Below are positions 8,995-17,789 of a stretch of DNA of 64,000 nt, in pieces. The stretch's first letter is position 1; each line of letters begins with the position of its first letter. This stretch comes from a virus. Lineage: Duplodnaviria > Caudoviricetes. The position numbers were made by a program, and so were the translations under genes. The notes below the pieces were generated by a model. It saw only the letters and a list, made by a program, of their open reading frames with translations, searched no databases and was not told the DNA's origin. The stretch lies in the IMG/VR virus record IMGVR_UViG_2974764813_000001, positions 1 to 64,000 of that record. One strand, given 5' to 3'.

Positions 8995-9299
8995 CAGCCC
9001 AGCCTCTCTGTGATCCGGCGCTGGGCTTCGACGTGGCCGTTGTAGCGCTTGCGCCAGACCGGGTCGTCGATCTTCACCGATGGGTCGTGGTGGGGGCAGT
9101 CCGAGCTGTAAGCCGAGCCGCCCTGGCCCGAGCAGATGCACCGAAGCCCCTCTTTCCTGAACAGGTCGTCGGCTATCTCCTCGACGCGCGCCACGAGCTT
9201 CTCGGCTCGCTCGTGGGCCTCCTCTGTGGGCAGGTCGTAGCGGTCGCGCATGTAGTCGGCGGCAGACTCCCGCAGGCGCTCCTTGAAGTAGTCGCTCAC
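8991..9299 (-). CDS. Hypothetical protein
   Basis: GTGA overlaps on both sides; codon usage. Confidence 0.55.
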   Translation of the reverse strand: MSDYFKERLRESAADYMRDRYDLPTEEAHERAEKLVARVEEIADDLFRKEGLRCICSGQGGSAYSSDCPHHDPSVKIDDPVWRKRYNGHVEAQRRITERLGW

Positions 9300-9760
9300 C
9301 GGTCGAAGTCCAGGGTGGTCGGGACCGTGACGAACGAGCAGTTGGTCCACCGGCAGACGTCTTTGGGATCCGGCCCGTACTGGACGTACCAGTAGGTGTC
9401 GTGCCAGCGCTCGTCGTCGTTGTCGAGCTCGTCGGGATTGTCCTCGAGCCACTTCTCGCGCTCGGCGTCGGTGTCGGCCCATTCGGTGCGCTTGGCGATC
9501 AGGTATCCGAATGCCCTGTAGTAGACCTCTTTCCGCAGTGTCGCGACGCCGCGAGTGGTCTCGACGACCAGGTCGCCGATTTGTGGCGTGCGCATCCGCT
9601 CGCCGAGCTTGTCGCCGGGCCGCAGGGTGGCCCTGTTCAGGTGCCAGGTCAGCGCCATCATCGCGCCGCGTACCGGCATCGCCTTGTCCTCCAGCGACAG
9701 CAGTTCGTCGTCGGCACGCAGCGTGCCGGTGATGCCCTCCCAGGGCTGTGCGTACGTCAT
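9296..9760 (-). CDS. Hypothetical protein
   Basis: Part of the coupled leftward operon. Confidence 0.6.
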   Translation of the reverse strand: MTYAQPWEGITGTLRADDELLSLEDKAMPVRGAMMALTWHLNRATLRPGDKLGERMRTPQIGDLVVETTRGVATLRKEVYYRAFGYLIAKRTEWADTDAEREKWLEDNPDELDNDDERWHDTYWYVQYGPDPKDVCRWTNCSFVTVPTTLDFDR

Positions 9761-9939
9761 CAGGACCTTTCGAGATAGGGGTTGTGGGCGCCGGTGTGGT
9801 CGACGCCCAGGCGCTGGCGGTCGAGCTCCATGCCGCGCTGGCAGGTGGCCATCAGGCCGCTCCAGACACGCTCGCCGCCGACGATGACCTCGCGGTAGAC
9901 GAAGCAGCGATGGTCGCAGAACTGGCAGTAGGGGCCCAT
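9760..9939 (-). CDS. Small Cys-rich hypothetical protein
   Basis: YCQFCDHRCF...LMATC; TGATG coupling. Confidence 0.55.
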   Translation of the reverse strand: MGPYCQFCDHRCFVYREVIVGGERVWSGLMATCQRGMELDRQRLGVDHTGAHNPYLERS

Positions 9940-10172
9940 CAGCGGAGGTACACCTCGGCGTGCCAGTGCGCGGTGCCGTCGCACGTCCAGGCGATCCTGT
10001 GCACCTCCATGGCTATCGAGTTCTCCGAATCGGTGTTGCCGTACTCGTCGGGGGCTTCCAGCGGGACGTGCACGGTGTCCCCGACCGCGGGCACCTGCGG
10101 CATCCACGCCCAGTGCTTCGAGCGCGAACCGGCCGCCCGGTCCCCGTACCAGTAGAAGAGCACCTGGATCAC
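9939..10172 (-). CDS. Hypothetical protein
   Basis: VPAVGDTV motif; coupled. Confidence 0.55.
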   Translation of the reverse strand: MIQVLFYWYGDRAAGSRSKHWAWMPQVPAVGDTVHVPLEAPDEYGNTDSENSIAMEVHRIAWTCDGTAHWHAEVYLR

Positions 10173-10951
10173 GGCAGCTGTCCTTCCTCGAGCCAGTCGC
10201 CGACGACGTCGCCGGGACCGGAGATGTGCACGCGATTCTGCCGGGGTGCCTGCAGGATGAGCGAGCCCTCGTTCTCGATGGTCACCTTGACTTCACCGTT
10301 GGTGATCACCTTGGCGCGCGCACCCGGCCGGATGGTCAGCGAGTTGCCCCAGACCGAGTGGAGCCGGAACTCGGCCTCGCCGGACTCCAGCACCAGGCGT
10401 GGCAGCCCGGTCTCCACCACGACGGTCAGGGAGTTCCCCTCGGAGACGTTGACCGGGTAGATGTTGCTGGTGCCCTTGCGCAGGTGGATCTCGCGCATGA
10501 GCACGGTACGGACCTGGCCGGTGCCTCGGCGCATCGACAGCGCCGAAATCGCCTCGGTGCGCGTGCGGGGACGGCGGTGATCCACGGCGCCGCCGAACTT
10601 CTGGTCCAGCCGGAACTGCCGGAGTTCCTCGCGGGCCTGCTTGAGGCTGTCGAACGGCGCGCCGGTGTGCTCGGGGTTGTGCGACCACGGCCGGTTGCGG
10701 CAGTAGTGCATGACGCCCTCGATGTCCCAGTCACCCTGCGGCATCACGTACTGCTCGGCACCGGCCTGGTGCCGGATGTCCATCCGCTGGCCGTACTTGG
10801 CATCGACGTAGGACTTGATGTGGCCCTCGCGGGTCACGCTGATCACCATGCCGACCTCGCCCTGGACGCGGTCGTAGTCTTCTGCGCCGATCATGGCGAC
10901 CCGGCGCTTCTTGATGAACAGCACGCCGTCGCCACGCTTGAATACCGTCAT
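10169..10951 (-). CDS. Hypothetical protein
   Basis: 260 aa with GGAGGG SD; coupled. Confidence 0.6.
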   Translation of the reverse strand: MTVFKRGDGVLFIKKRRVAMIGAEDYDRVQGEVGMVISVTREGHIKSYVDAKYGQRMDIRHQAGAEQYVMPQGDWDIEGVMHYCRNRPWSHNPEHTGAPFDSLKQAREELRQFRLDQKFGGAVDHRRPRTRTEAISALSMRRGTGQVRTVLMREIHLRKGTSNIYPVNVSEGNSLTVVVETGLPRLVLESGEAEFRLHSVWGNSLTIRPGARAKVITNGEVKVTIENEGSLILQAPRQNRVHISGPGDVVGDWLEEGQLP

Positions 10952-11127
10952 GTGTCCCTCCCTTCAAATCGCTTGACGACCTCGTCGAACGCCGTGCCAT
11001 AGGCCGAGGTCAGCGCGGTCAGCAGTTCGTCCTGATCGGCGCCGGGCTTCCAGCGCATCGTGAGCGTCAGGTGGTGGTCCTCCTTGTCGGAGGCGACGCT
11101 GAAGCCCTTCTCGCCCCCGGCCGCCAT
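10948..11127 (-). CDS. Small hypothetical protein (59 aa; below the ORF-track cutoff)
   Basis: Fills the gap with coupled start and stop: MAAGGEKGFSVASDKEDHHLTL... Confidence 0.5.
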   Translation of the reverse strand: MAAGGEKGFSVASDKEDHHLTLTMRWKPGADQDELLTALTSAYGTAFDEVVKRFEGRDT

Positions 11128-11357
11128 CAGCTGGCCTCCTGGGCATCGCAGCGGGCATTGAACTGCCGGTACAGCGCGCGGCGCACCTGGCTGCGCAGGA
11201 ACGCTCGATTGGTGGCCGGGTCGGCGAAGTAGGGCATGGCGCCCAGGCGCTGACGGGGGATCGCGAAGCCCGCCAGCTCGTCGGCGCGGTCGCGCTCGGC
11301 GTCGGTGGGGATCTCCCGGCCATCACCGGGGAACATGCGCTCCACGTTGTCCCTCAT
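11127..11357 (-). CDS. Hypothetical protein
   Basis: Coupled operon gene. Confidence 0.5.
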   Translation of the reverse strand: MRDNVERMFPGDGREIPTDAERDRADELAGFAIPRQRLGAMPYFADPATNRAFLRSQVRRALYRQFNARCDAQEAS

Positions 11358-11710
11358 CGGTTCGACACCCTCTCGACGGCCCGGAACACGTCGCTGATCG
11401 CGACCTTCTCGGGCATGCGGTCGAGCTCGTCCTTGAGCGCGCTGAGGGCTGCGTCCCGGCCCTCGGCCGCCCCCTGGGCCAGGCCCTCGACGAGGCCGTC
11501 GGCCTTGCCCTCGTCGAACCCCTCCTGGTTGGCCTCGACGAGCTTGTCCTCGAGGTCGTAGAGCCCCATGGGCTCCACGAAGCCGGACTCGCCCTCGCAG
11601 CTGTAGCGGTCGGTCTGGGTGTGGATCCAGCCGCGTTTGGGGTCACCGTCGGTGTGGGTGGGCTGCTGGCACTTGATGCAGACGCTGTGGCTGCGCAGTG
11701 GGTTGGTCAT
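11354..11710 (-). CDS. Hypothetical protein with CxxC...H...C motif
   Basis: CIKCQQP..GWIH...C followed by G.D.G repeats; ATGA overlap. Confidence 0.55.
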   Translation of the reverse strand: MTNPLRSHSVCIKCQQPTHTDGDPKRGWIHTQTDRYSCEGESGFVEPMGLYDLEDKLVEANQEGFDEGKADGLVEGLAQGAAEGRDAALSALKDELDRMPEKVAISDVFRAVERVSNR

Positions 11711-12060
11711 GATCGAGGTCCTTTCAGGAGTTCGGCGTCGGTCTCGACGAGGGTTTTGGCGCTGATCCACTCGCGCAGCGGCGGCCCGAAGGGGCCGAGG
11801 TACTCGTGGCCGGGGCGCAGGTCGAGCTTGATCACCTGGAACAGGCCGTCCTCGGCGTCCACGCGGTAGACCAGTTCGTCGCTGACGCGGTAGAAGTAGC
11901 TGGAGTCCAGCCCGCTCGGATCAGGCCGGTACCAGCCCACGAAGCTCGGAGCGGCCGGACGCGGCAGCAGATCGGCGGCGTTGCGTCGCGGGTGGTGGCC
12001 TAGGGCGAACCGCTCGCGCAGCACCGGGTCGGCGTAGGCCGTGGGGTCGGTCACGGTCAT
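11707..12060 (-). CDS. Hypothetical protein
   Basis: Coupled operon gene with GGAGG SD. Confidence 0.55.
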   Translation of the reverse strand: MTVTDPTAYADPVLRERFALGHHPRRNAADLLPRPAAPSFVGWYRPDPSGLDSSYFYRVSDELVYRVDAEDGLFQVIKLDLRPGHEYLGPFGPPLREWISAKTLVETDAELLKGPRS

Positions 12061-12347
12061 GCAGCTACCTCCTGCAGGGCCTCGCGTCCCTTGTCGGTGA
12101 TCTCGTAGAACGGCGTGAACTTCGCCTTGGACCTCTCCGGGTTACGGAAGTTGATCGTCTGGGTGATCACGCCAAGCTCGTCGTCGCGCGTCACCAGGCC
12201 ACGCTCGACCAGGCTGTCGAGCACCCGCTGGTACTGGGAGTCCTGGAGTTGCCAGGGGCGGTTGCCCGCGCCGGTCGGGGCGTGGCGGCCCGCCTTGCTG
12301 GCGAAGCGCAAGGCGATCAGCTGGTTCTTGCCGAGTTTGCGGGTCAT
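12057..12347 (-). CDS. Winged-helix-like DNA-binding protein
   Basis: VLDSLVERGLV...YEITDKGREAL winged-helix signature. Confidence 0.55.
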   Translation of the reverse strand: MTRKLGKNQLIALRFASKAGRHAPTGAGNRPWQLQDSQYQRVLDSLVERGLVTRDDELGVITQTINFRNPERSKAKFTPFYEITDKGREALQEVAA

Positions 12348-12583
12348 CGCACCCTCCTGACGTCGATGGGGTCGTAGGCGACGGCGTCGCCCTCGATGGA
12401 GACGAAGATCTGGTAAGCGCCGACCAGCAGGACGTGGCCCTCGCGGCTGTAGTACTGGGCGCCGGGCGTGATGACACGGACGCGGTCGCCCTCTGCGTAG
12501 TCGTTGACCTTCTCGGCCACCGCGCCTGGTGCCCGCCCGGCGCTTACGAGTACCCGTTGTGCGCGCTTGGTGATCTTTTTCAT
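12344..12583 (-). CDS. SH3/KOW-like hypothetical protein
   Basis: EGDRVRV...G....G.V motif. Confidence 0.5.
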   Translation of the reverse strand: MKKITKRAQRVLVSAGRAPGAVAEKVNDYAEGDRVRVITPGAQYYSREGHVLLVGAYQIFVSIEGDAVAYDPIDVRRVR

Positions 12584-12732
12584 CGCGTCCTCCACATCTG
12601 CTTGACGGTCCGCTCGGTCTCCCAGTAGTGCTCGGCCTCTTGGCGGTTCTGCTCGGCCCAGAAGTCGGCCTCGGCGATCTCGGCGGGCCAGTCGATGTCG
12701 GCCTCAGTGATAACGTGCGGATCTGCGCTCAT
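12580..12732 (-). CDS. Small acidic hypothetical protein (50 aa), first gene of the leftward operon
   Basis: MSADPHVITEADIDW...; ATGA overlap with the next gene. Confidence 0.45.
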   Translation of the reverse strand: MSADPHVITEADIDWPAEIAEADFWAEQNRQEAEHYWETERTVKQMWRTR

Positions 12733-12850
12733 TCTGTACCAACTCTCTACTAAGGTGGGGAGTCCCTCTCGGGAGTGGCTATACGAATACTATAGCACTT
12801 CTTTCACAATCCTGTATAGTGGTGTCATTCCCCGACAACAGGAGGTGGTC
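12733..12850. promoter_or_regulatory. Divergent promoter region
   Basis: AT-rich gap between divergent operons; CTATAC-N5-CTATAG repeat at 12779-12795 and TATAGT -10 at 12815-12820. Confidence 0.6.
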
Positions 12851-13078
12851 ATGGCCATCCCGCGCATCCCGCGTCTCGACACCAAGGACTGGAAGATCAA
12901 CGGCGACTCACTGATCGCGTGGATCTCCGACACCGAGTTCTTCGACATCTCCCCGAGCGAGCAGGGCCACAAGCTGACCGTCAACCACGTCGGCCACGCT
13001 CAGTCGGTCTTCCTCGGCCACTACATCCGCATCAGCGAGGCGCAAGCCGCCGCCCGCCAACACATTGGAGACGAATAA
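12851..13078 (+). CDS. Hypothetical protein
   Basis: Strong AGGAGG SD before ATG 12851. Confidence 0.6.
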   Translation: MAIPRIPRLDTKDWKINGDSLIAWISDTEFFDISPSEQGHKLTVNHVGHAQSVFLGHYIRISEAQAAARQHIGDE

Positions 13079-13080
13079 CC

Positions 13081-13407
13081 ATGGCCAAGAAGATCGACAT
13101 CGCAATGTGGCTGCACGACCTGCAGTGCGTCAGCCGCTGCGAAGGCGAGAGCCGCAAGGATCACGCCCGGCGCACCCAGATGGTCAACGCGCGCAAGTAC
13201 GTTGCGGCGACCTCTATCGACGAGCTGTCCGCGCTGCTGCACGAGCAGATGTGCCCGCACTGGGCCTCCCGCGGACACGGGGCCTTCTACGTCGACCGTG
13301 CCGACCGGGTGTGCGGCACCGACGGCAAGGAGCACATCGAGCGCATCGCCAGCGGCCCGACCGTCGCCGCGCTGGCCAAGATGATCGGGCTGGAGGTGGC
13401 GGCATGA
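13081..13407 (+). CDS. Hypothetical protein (His/Cys metal-binding-like repeats)
   Basis: LHDLQC...H and LHEQMC...H repeats; GGAG SD. Confidence 0.55.
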   Translation: MAKKIDIAMWLHDLQCVSRCEGESRKDHARRTQMVNARKYVAATSIDELSALLHEQMCPHWASRGHGAFYVDRADRVCGTDGKEHIERIASGPTVAALAKMIGLEVAA

Positions 13408-13658
13408 CGCTGATCGAGGAGGAGGTGTCAAGGGTCCGCAACAACCGGCTGCTCGACGTCCTCGACGGCCGCTACCTGTGGCGACAGCAGGGCACCGGCA
13501 CGTTGTACCGCCGCAGCCGCGACGGCTGGGAGTACTTCCGCGACGGCAAGTGGCACCCCTGCTACCACGAGGACGGCGCGCGTGCGGTCTACCACCTGTT
13601 CGCAGGCATCCAGGGGCCGTTCATCCGCGTCGCAGAGGACCTCAATTCACGCTGGTGA
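13404..13658 (+). CDS. Hypothetical protein
   Basis: ATGA overlap; D.DG..W...WE...GPF pattern. Confidence 0.55.
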   Translation: MTLIEEEVSRVRNNRLLDVLDGRYLWRQQGTGTLYRRSRDGWEYFRDGKWHPCYHEDGARAVYHLFAGIQGPFIRVAEDLNSRW

Positions 13659-13667
13659 CCTGCGGAA

Positions 13668-13717
13668 CTATACGAATACTTGACGAAAACTATAGAATCG
13701 GTATAGAATCGCTACAT
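13668..13717 (+). promoter_or_regulatory. SigA-like promoter TTGACG(13680)-N18-TAGAAT(13704) within an array of 11-bp-phased hexamers
   Basis: -35/-10 hexamers; related hexamers at 13668, 13679, 13690, 13701, 13712. Confidence 0.7.
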
Positions 13718-13746
13718 CACCACAACCCCCTCCCAAAGGAGCCGCC

Positions 13747-14946
13747 ATGAGCGCACTTCCCACCCTGCCCCAGCGCCAGATGCGTCACGCCGAGCTCGGT
13801 GACCTCGTCTCGGTCCTGCAGGCGCAGCAGCGCCAGACCGTCGACCTGGTCGTCCCGGCCGCCGAACTCGCCGTCCACGGCGGCAACCTCGCCGTGATGA
13901 CCGCGCCGCCGGTCATCGACGCCAACGGCGTGCTCGACCCCAACGGCTACTACCGGCCGACCGCCAACGCCGACAGCCAGCTGGCGAGCCTGTTCGGCAT
14001 CCCGGTGAAGTACATCCGTCGCCTGCGCGCCGAGCACGTCGACCTGTACGACACCAACATCAACCAGTGGTCGATGCACGAGGACTTCGCCGACAAGAAG
14101 GTTCTGGTCCGGCTGCTGTGGGGCGCCAACCCGGAGGATCCCGGCACCAACGGCATCCTGCGCGCGGTGCTCTCGGATCGCTACGGCGCCCGCGACAACT
14201 TCGACACCCTGCTGGCGGTGCTCGACGGCATCCGCGAGGCGGGCCTGTCGGCCGACGACCTCAAGATCAGCGGCGACCTCACCGACGACAAGATGTACGT
14301 CACCGTCGAGGCCCCCGAGATCCAGGGCTACGGCTGGAAGCTGCTGGAGGGCTACCGCAGCCCGTACGGCAACGGTCGCGGCACCGGTCACGGCGGCATG
14401 GACGCCGAGAACCTGCCCATCGTCTCGGCGGGTCTGATCATCCGCAACTCCGAGACCGGCGGCGGTGCGCTGTCGATCACCCCGCGCCTGGTGGTCCGGG
14501 CGTGCAGCAACGGCCTGCAGTGCACCAAGGACGCCATGCGTCAGGTGCACCTGGGCGCCAAGCTCGCCGAGGGGGCCATCGTCTGGAGCGACGCCACCCG
14601 CAAGGCGGCCAACGACCTGGCCCGCACCCAGGCGGCTGACGCGGTCAAGAGCTTCCTGTCGGCGACCTACGTCCAGAAGGTCATCGACGAGATCGAGGCC
14701 GAGGTCGAGACGCCGGTCCACGACGTCCCGGCGACCATCGAGATCGTCGCCAAGGACCAGGGCTACACCCAGGACGAGTCGAAGAGCATCCTCGACCACT
14801 TCATCCGGGGCGGCCAGATCACCGCAGGCGGTGTCCTGCACGCGGTCACCGCGGCCGTCCAGCAGATCGAGGACCCCGAGCGGGCCTTCGAGCTCGAGGC
14901 CGGAGCCATCGACGCGATGCGCGTCGCCGCACGGGCGCAAGCCTGA
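13747..14946 (+). CDS. DUF932-family protein
   Basis: RAVLSDRY and IRNSETGGGAL.I.PRL....C.NG...H motifs; AAGGAG SD. Confidence 0.7.
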   Translation: MSALPTLPQRQMRHAELGDLVSVLQAQQRQTVDLVVPAAELAVHGGNLAVMTAPPVIDANGVLDPNGYYRPTANADSQLASLFGIPVKYIRRLRAEHVDLYDTNINQWSMHEDFADKKVLVRLLWGANPEDPGTNGILRAVLSDRYGARDNFDTLLAVLDGIREAGLSADDLKISGDLTDDKMYVTVEAPEIQGYGWKLLEGYRSPYGNGRGTGHGGMDAENLPIVSAGLIIRNSETGGGALSITPRLVVRACSNGLQCTKDAMRQVHLGAKLAEGAIVWSDATRKAANDLARTQAADAVKSFLSATYVQKVIDEIEAEVETPVHDVPATIEIVAKDQGYTQDESKSILDHFIRGGQITAGGVLHAVTAAVQQIEDPERAFELEAGAIDAMRVAARAQA

Positions 14947-14955
14947 CCCAGACCA

Positions 14956-14994
14956 GGGAGGGCCGGAGCAGAGGGGAACTGCTTCGGCCCTCCC
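14956..14994 (+). terminator. Strong hairpin (terminator or processing site; no U-tract)
   Basis: GGGAGGGCCGGAGCAG / CTGCTTCGGCCCTCCC stem. Confidence 0.5.
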
Positions 14995-15029
14995 GACCTC
15001 TCTCCACCCATCACAACCAGGAGGTCCAC

Positions 15030-15431
15030 GTGAACAAAACCATCCACAAGCGCTTCGCGCGCCGCATCCTGATCGCCGTGCTCATCGGGTGCGCCGCGAC
15101 GCTCACCTTGCTCCCGGCCGCACCGAAGGCCAGCGCCGACCCCGGCATCGGGTGCGAGACCATCCGCTGGGGCTTCCTGGGCTCCCAGCGTCGCACCATC
15201 TGCGACGGCCCCCGCCGCGGCGACGGCAGCTGGGAGCGCGTGCGCACCATCTGGACCCCGGCGGGCTACGTCCCCCGCTCGACCTACTGCGGCACCTGGT
15301 CGTGCTCGTCCTCGGGCGGCTACTACCGCGAGGAGACCGTGCAGGGCCTGGAGAAGTACATCGTGTTCGACCACAACGTGCTGCCGGACGAGCCGGGCTG
15401 GCTCCCGCCGGGCACGGTGACGATCAAGTGA
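15030..15431 (+). CDS. Secreted CDGP-motif protein
   Basis: N-terminal signal peptide (ASA|DP), ICDGP..DGSW.R.R motif seen in mycobacterial and phage secreted proteins. Confidence 0.7.
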   Translation: MNKTIHKRFARRILIAVLIGCAATLTLLPAAPKASADPGIGCETIRWGFLGSQRRTICDGPRRGDGSWERVRTIWTPAGYVPRSTYCGTWSCSSSGGYYREETVQGLEKYIVFDHNVLPDEPGWLPPGTVTIK

Positions 15432-15462
15432 TCTCGGACCTGAGAAAGGGGCACGGAGCACC

Positions 15463-16152
15463 ATGAGTGCAGCCAACGACCACGCGCGCCACGTGCGCAC
15501 CGCGACCCGGTTCTTCTGGGCGTGGCTCGCGGGGTCGTTCGGCGCGTCGGTGGCCTACAACATCGCGCACGCCGTCCTCAACTCCTACGGCACCGATGTC
15601 GTCATTTCTGCCTCAGCCGCGGTCATCCCGCCCACCGTCGCGATCTGCGCGACGCACGGCGTGCGACTGCTGGTCAAGGCCGAGGTGACCGGCCTGGCCT
15701 ACCGCGTCGCGCTCGTCGGCACCTCGCTCATGGCCCTCGGTGCGCTGACGCTCTCGTTCAATGCGCTGCGCGATCTGGCGGCCAAGCACGCGGGCTACTC
15801 GTCGTGGACCTCCTGGGTCTGGCCGCTGGTGATCGACCTGGCCATCGCGGTGTCCACCGTCGCGCTGCTCGCCCTGGGCAGTGCACGGCGCACCGAGCGC
15901 ACCGGCTCGGTGCACACCAGTGCTCCGGTGCACACTGAGCACAATGGGGTGCCAGCGCACCTCGCTCGGGCCGAGGCCCTCGTCGCCGAGGGCGCAGTCA
16001 CCATCGAGGCCGAGCGGGTCGCCCAGGTCCTGCAAGAACTCGACGCCGGGACACCTCCCGGCACCATCGCGCGCACCCTGCGCATGGGGTACGCCACGGT
16101 CGTGCGCATCCGCGACGCCGACCAGTCCCGACTCACCTCGATTGGAGGATGA
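15463..16152 (+). CDS. DUF2637/SpdA-like membrane protein with C-terminal HTH
   Basis: About four TM helices, LSFNALRDLA...WVWPLVID motif, IARTLRMGYATVVR HTH. Confidence 0.7.
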   Translation: MSAANDHARHVRTATRFFWAWLAGSFGASVAYNIAHAVLNSYGTDVVISASAAVIPPTVAICATHGVRLLVKAEVTGLAYRVALVGTSLMALGALTLSFNALRDLAAKHAGYSSWTSWVWPLVIDLAIAVSTVALLALGSARRTERTGSVHTSAPVHTEHNGVPAHLARAEALVAEGAVTIEAERVAQVLQELDAGTPPGTIARTLRMGYATVVRIRDADQSRLTSIGG

Positions 16153-16153
16153 C

Positions 16154-16396
16154 ATGGTCATCTGCGGTGACGATCCCGAGCAGCTGCGCTGCGACATCTG
16201 CAACAACAGCCGGGCCCTCACGGCGACCGCCCAGCTCTACACACTCGCGGTGCGCGGCCCGAAGCACACCTACGTCAAGCGCATCTGCGAGGAGTGCGTG
16301 CCCCTGTTCAACACCACGCACTGGCCCAAGCTGCGCAAGCTGCTGCGCACGCTGCGCCCGACGCGCTACGGGATCACTCACCGGAAGGGGGCCTGA
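16154..16396 (+). CDS. Small zinc-finger protein
   Basis: CDIC...CEEC; GGAGG SD. Confidence 0.5.
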   Translation: MVICGDDPEQLRCDICNNSRALTATAQLYTLAVRGPKHTYVKRICEECVPLFNTTHWPKLRKLLRTLRPTRYGITHRKGA

Positions 16397-16782
16397 TGGC
16401 CGCCATCATCAACGGCAAGGCCGTGGTCACCGCGGCAGAACTGCCGATGCTGCACGAGCTGGCGCAGGTCCAGGAGCTCAACCCCTGGGAGGCCGGAGTG
16501 CAGCGGCTCACCGGCATCCCGGTGCTGCTGGCCGAGGAGTTCCCAGCCCAGCTGGACTGCGGCGACAACTGGTTCGCCACCGTCATCGACGGCGAGATCC
16601 ACGCCTGGAACACCGATGAGCTCAAGGCGGCGATGGAGCGCGTCCAGCAGGAGTCGCGCCAGCGTCCGCTCTCGCTTGACGTCCCTTCGAGCGGCCTGTT
16701 CCAACAGCGCACGGCAGCGTGGGAGTGGGCTTACCAGCCGCACACCCTGTCCGGACTGTTCTCACGAAATCGCAGGCCGTAG
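16396..16782 (+). CDS. Hypothetical protein
   Basis: TGATG coupling. Confidence 0.5.
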   Translation: MAAIINGKAVVTAAELPMLHELAQVQELNPWEAGVQRLTGIPVLLAEEFPAQLDCGDNWFATVIDGEIHAWNTDELKAAMERVQQESRQRPLSLDVPSSGLFQQRTAAWEWAYQPHTLSGLFSRNRRP

Positions 16783-16835
16783 CGCCTACCCTGTCGAACC
16801 ACGTTGGCCTCCCACCAAAAGGTAGGAGGCCAACA

Positions 16836-17456
16836 ATGTTTCGTACTGCTGCACCTGGGCGCGAGCGTTCTGCCAACAGCTTCACTGCGGCGATGACCGC
16901 GTGGCGCGAATCCTCGGACTCATGGTTCGACGGCACCGTCGGCTCGGTGGACCACCGGCTGCAGCGGTGCGCCAAGCTGCTCGGCGCCGCCAACGGCGCC
17001 ATGGCGAACACACCCTTTGCCGATGCCGGACAGTATCTGGCCGCCCTCCAAGAACTGTCAGCAGACCGCCAGGCCATCGCAAGTCTGCGCGATGATCTGC
17101 TGACTGGCAGCTCCGGCCGGGAGGCTGTCGGTGTCTCCCGCTCTCCCGGCCGGACTGCCGCCAAGACCGCCGCAATCAAACTCGCCAGCTCGGAGAAGCG
17201 CTGGGTCGAGCTCGAGGGCGACCGGTTCTTCACCGCCAACCGCGACGCGGCCCACGATCACGAGGAGCTCTCCGAGCGCGCTCGCCATCACGCCGAGCGG
17301 CACACCTCCGCGCTCGGCATGCAGCGCTCGGCCGTCGTCACCCAGGCCTTCATCGACAAGGTCGTCGGCCTCGGCCGCGCCACCCCCAAGCCTCGGCTCG
17401 CCGCTGCGCCCCGGCCCACCCCCGACTTCGCCCCCGAGATGTTGTTCCTGGCGTAA
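16836..17456 (+). CDS. Hypothetical late protein (possibly head-associated)
   Basis: AGGAGG SD, late-type promoter motif upstream, RTA/KTA motifs. Confidence 0.6.
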   Translation: MFRTAAPGRERSANSFTAAMTAWRESSDSWFDGTVGSVDHRLQRCAKLLGAANGAMANTPFADAGQYLAALQELSADRQAIASLRDDLLTGSSGREAVGVSRSPGRTAAKTAAIKLASSEKRWVELEGDRFFTANRDAAHDHEELSERARHHAERHTSALGMQRSAVVTQAFIDKVVGLGRATPKPRLAAAPRPTPDFAPEMLFLA

Positions 17457-17486
17457 CACGAAAACGCCTGGCCGAGAGGACAAGCA

Positions 17487-17789
17487 ATGGCAACACCCGA
17501 AGCATGGGCACTCGGCAAGCTGGACGGCCGCAACGCCGACAGCGGAGCGGTTGAACCGCACCGGCCGGTGCAGCTGTACCGCAAGGTCACCGACAGCGGG
17601 CAGCGCACGACTGCTCGCACCGGCGGCCCCAAGCCCGGACAGCCCTGGAACACCCCGTCGGCGCTCGACGAGCTCACCGTCCTGGCCGAGGACCTCAGCG
17701 TCGTCTACGTCGACCCCTCCGGCAAGGAATGGACCTTGTCGGACATGGTCATCGAACTGTTCAAGGCACACCAAGCCAAGACGTCATGA
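17487..17789 (+). CDS. Hypothetical protein
   Basis: GAGG SD; ATGA overlap with lysin B. Confidence 0.6.
   Translation: MATPEAWALGKLDGRNADSGAVEPHRPVQLYRKVTDSGQRTTARTGGPKPGQPWNTPSALDELTVLAEDLSVVYVDPSGKEWTLSDMVIELFKAHQAKTS

Noticed and set aside
12057-13407. Proteins ending in EVAA resembling ssrA degradation tags
   Set aside because: Explained by the GAGGT SD and ATGA overlap of the next gene being encoded in the last codons.
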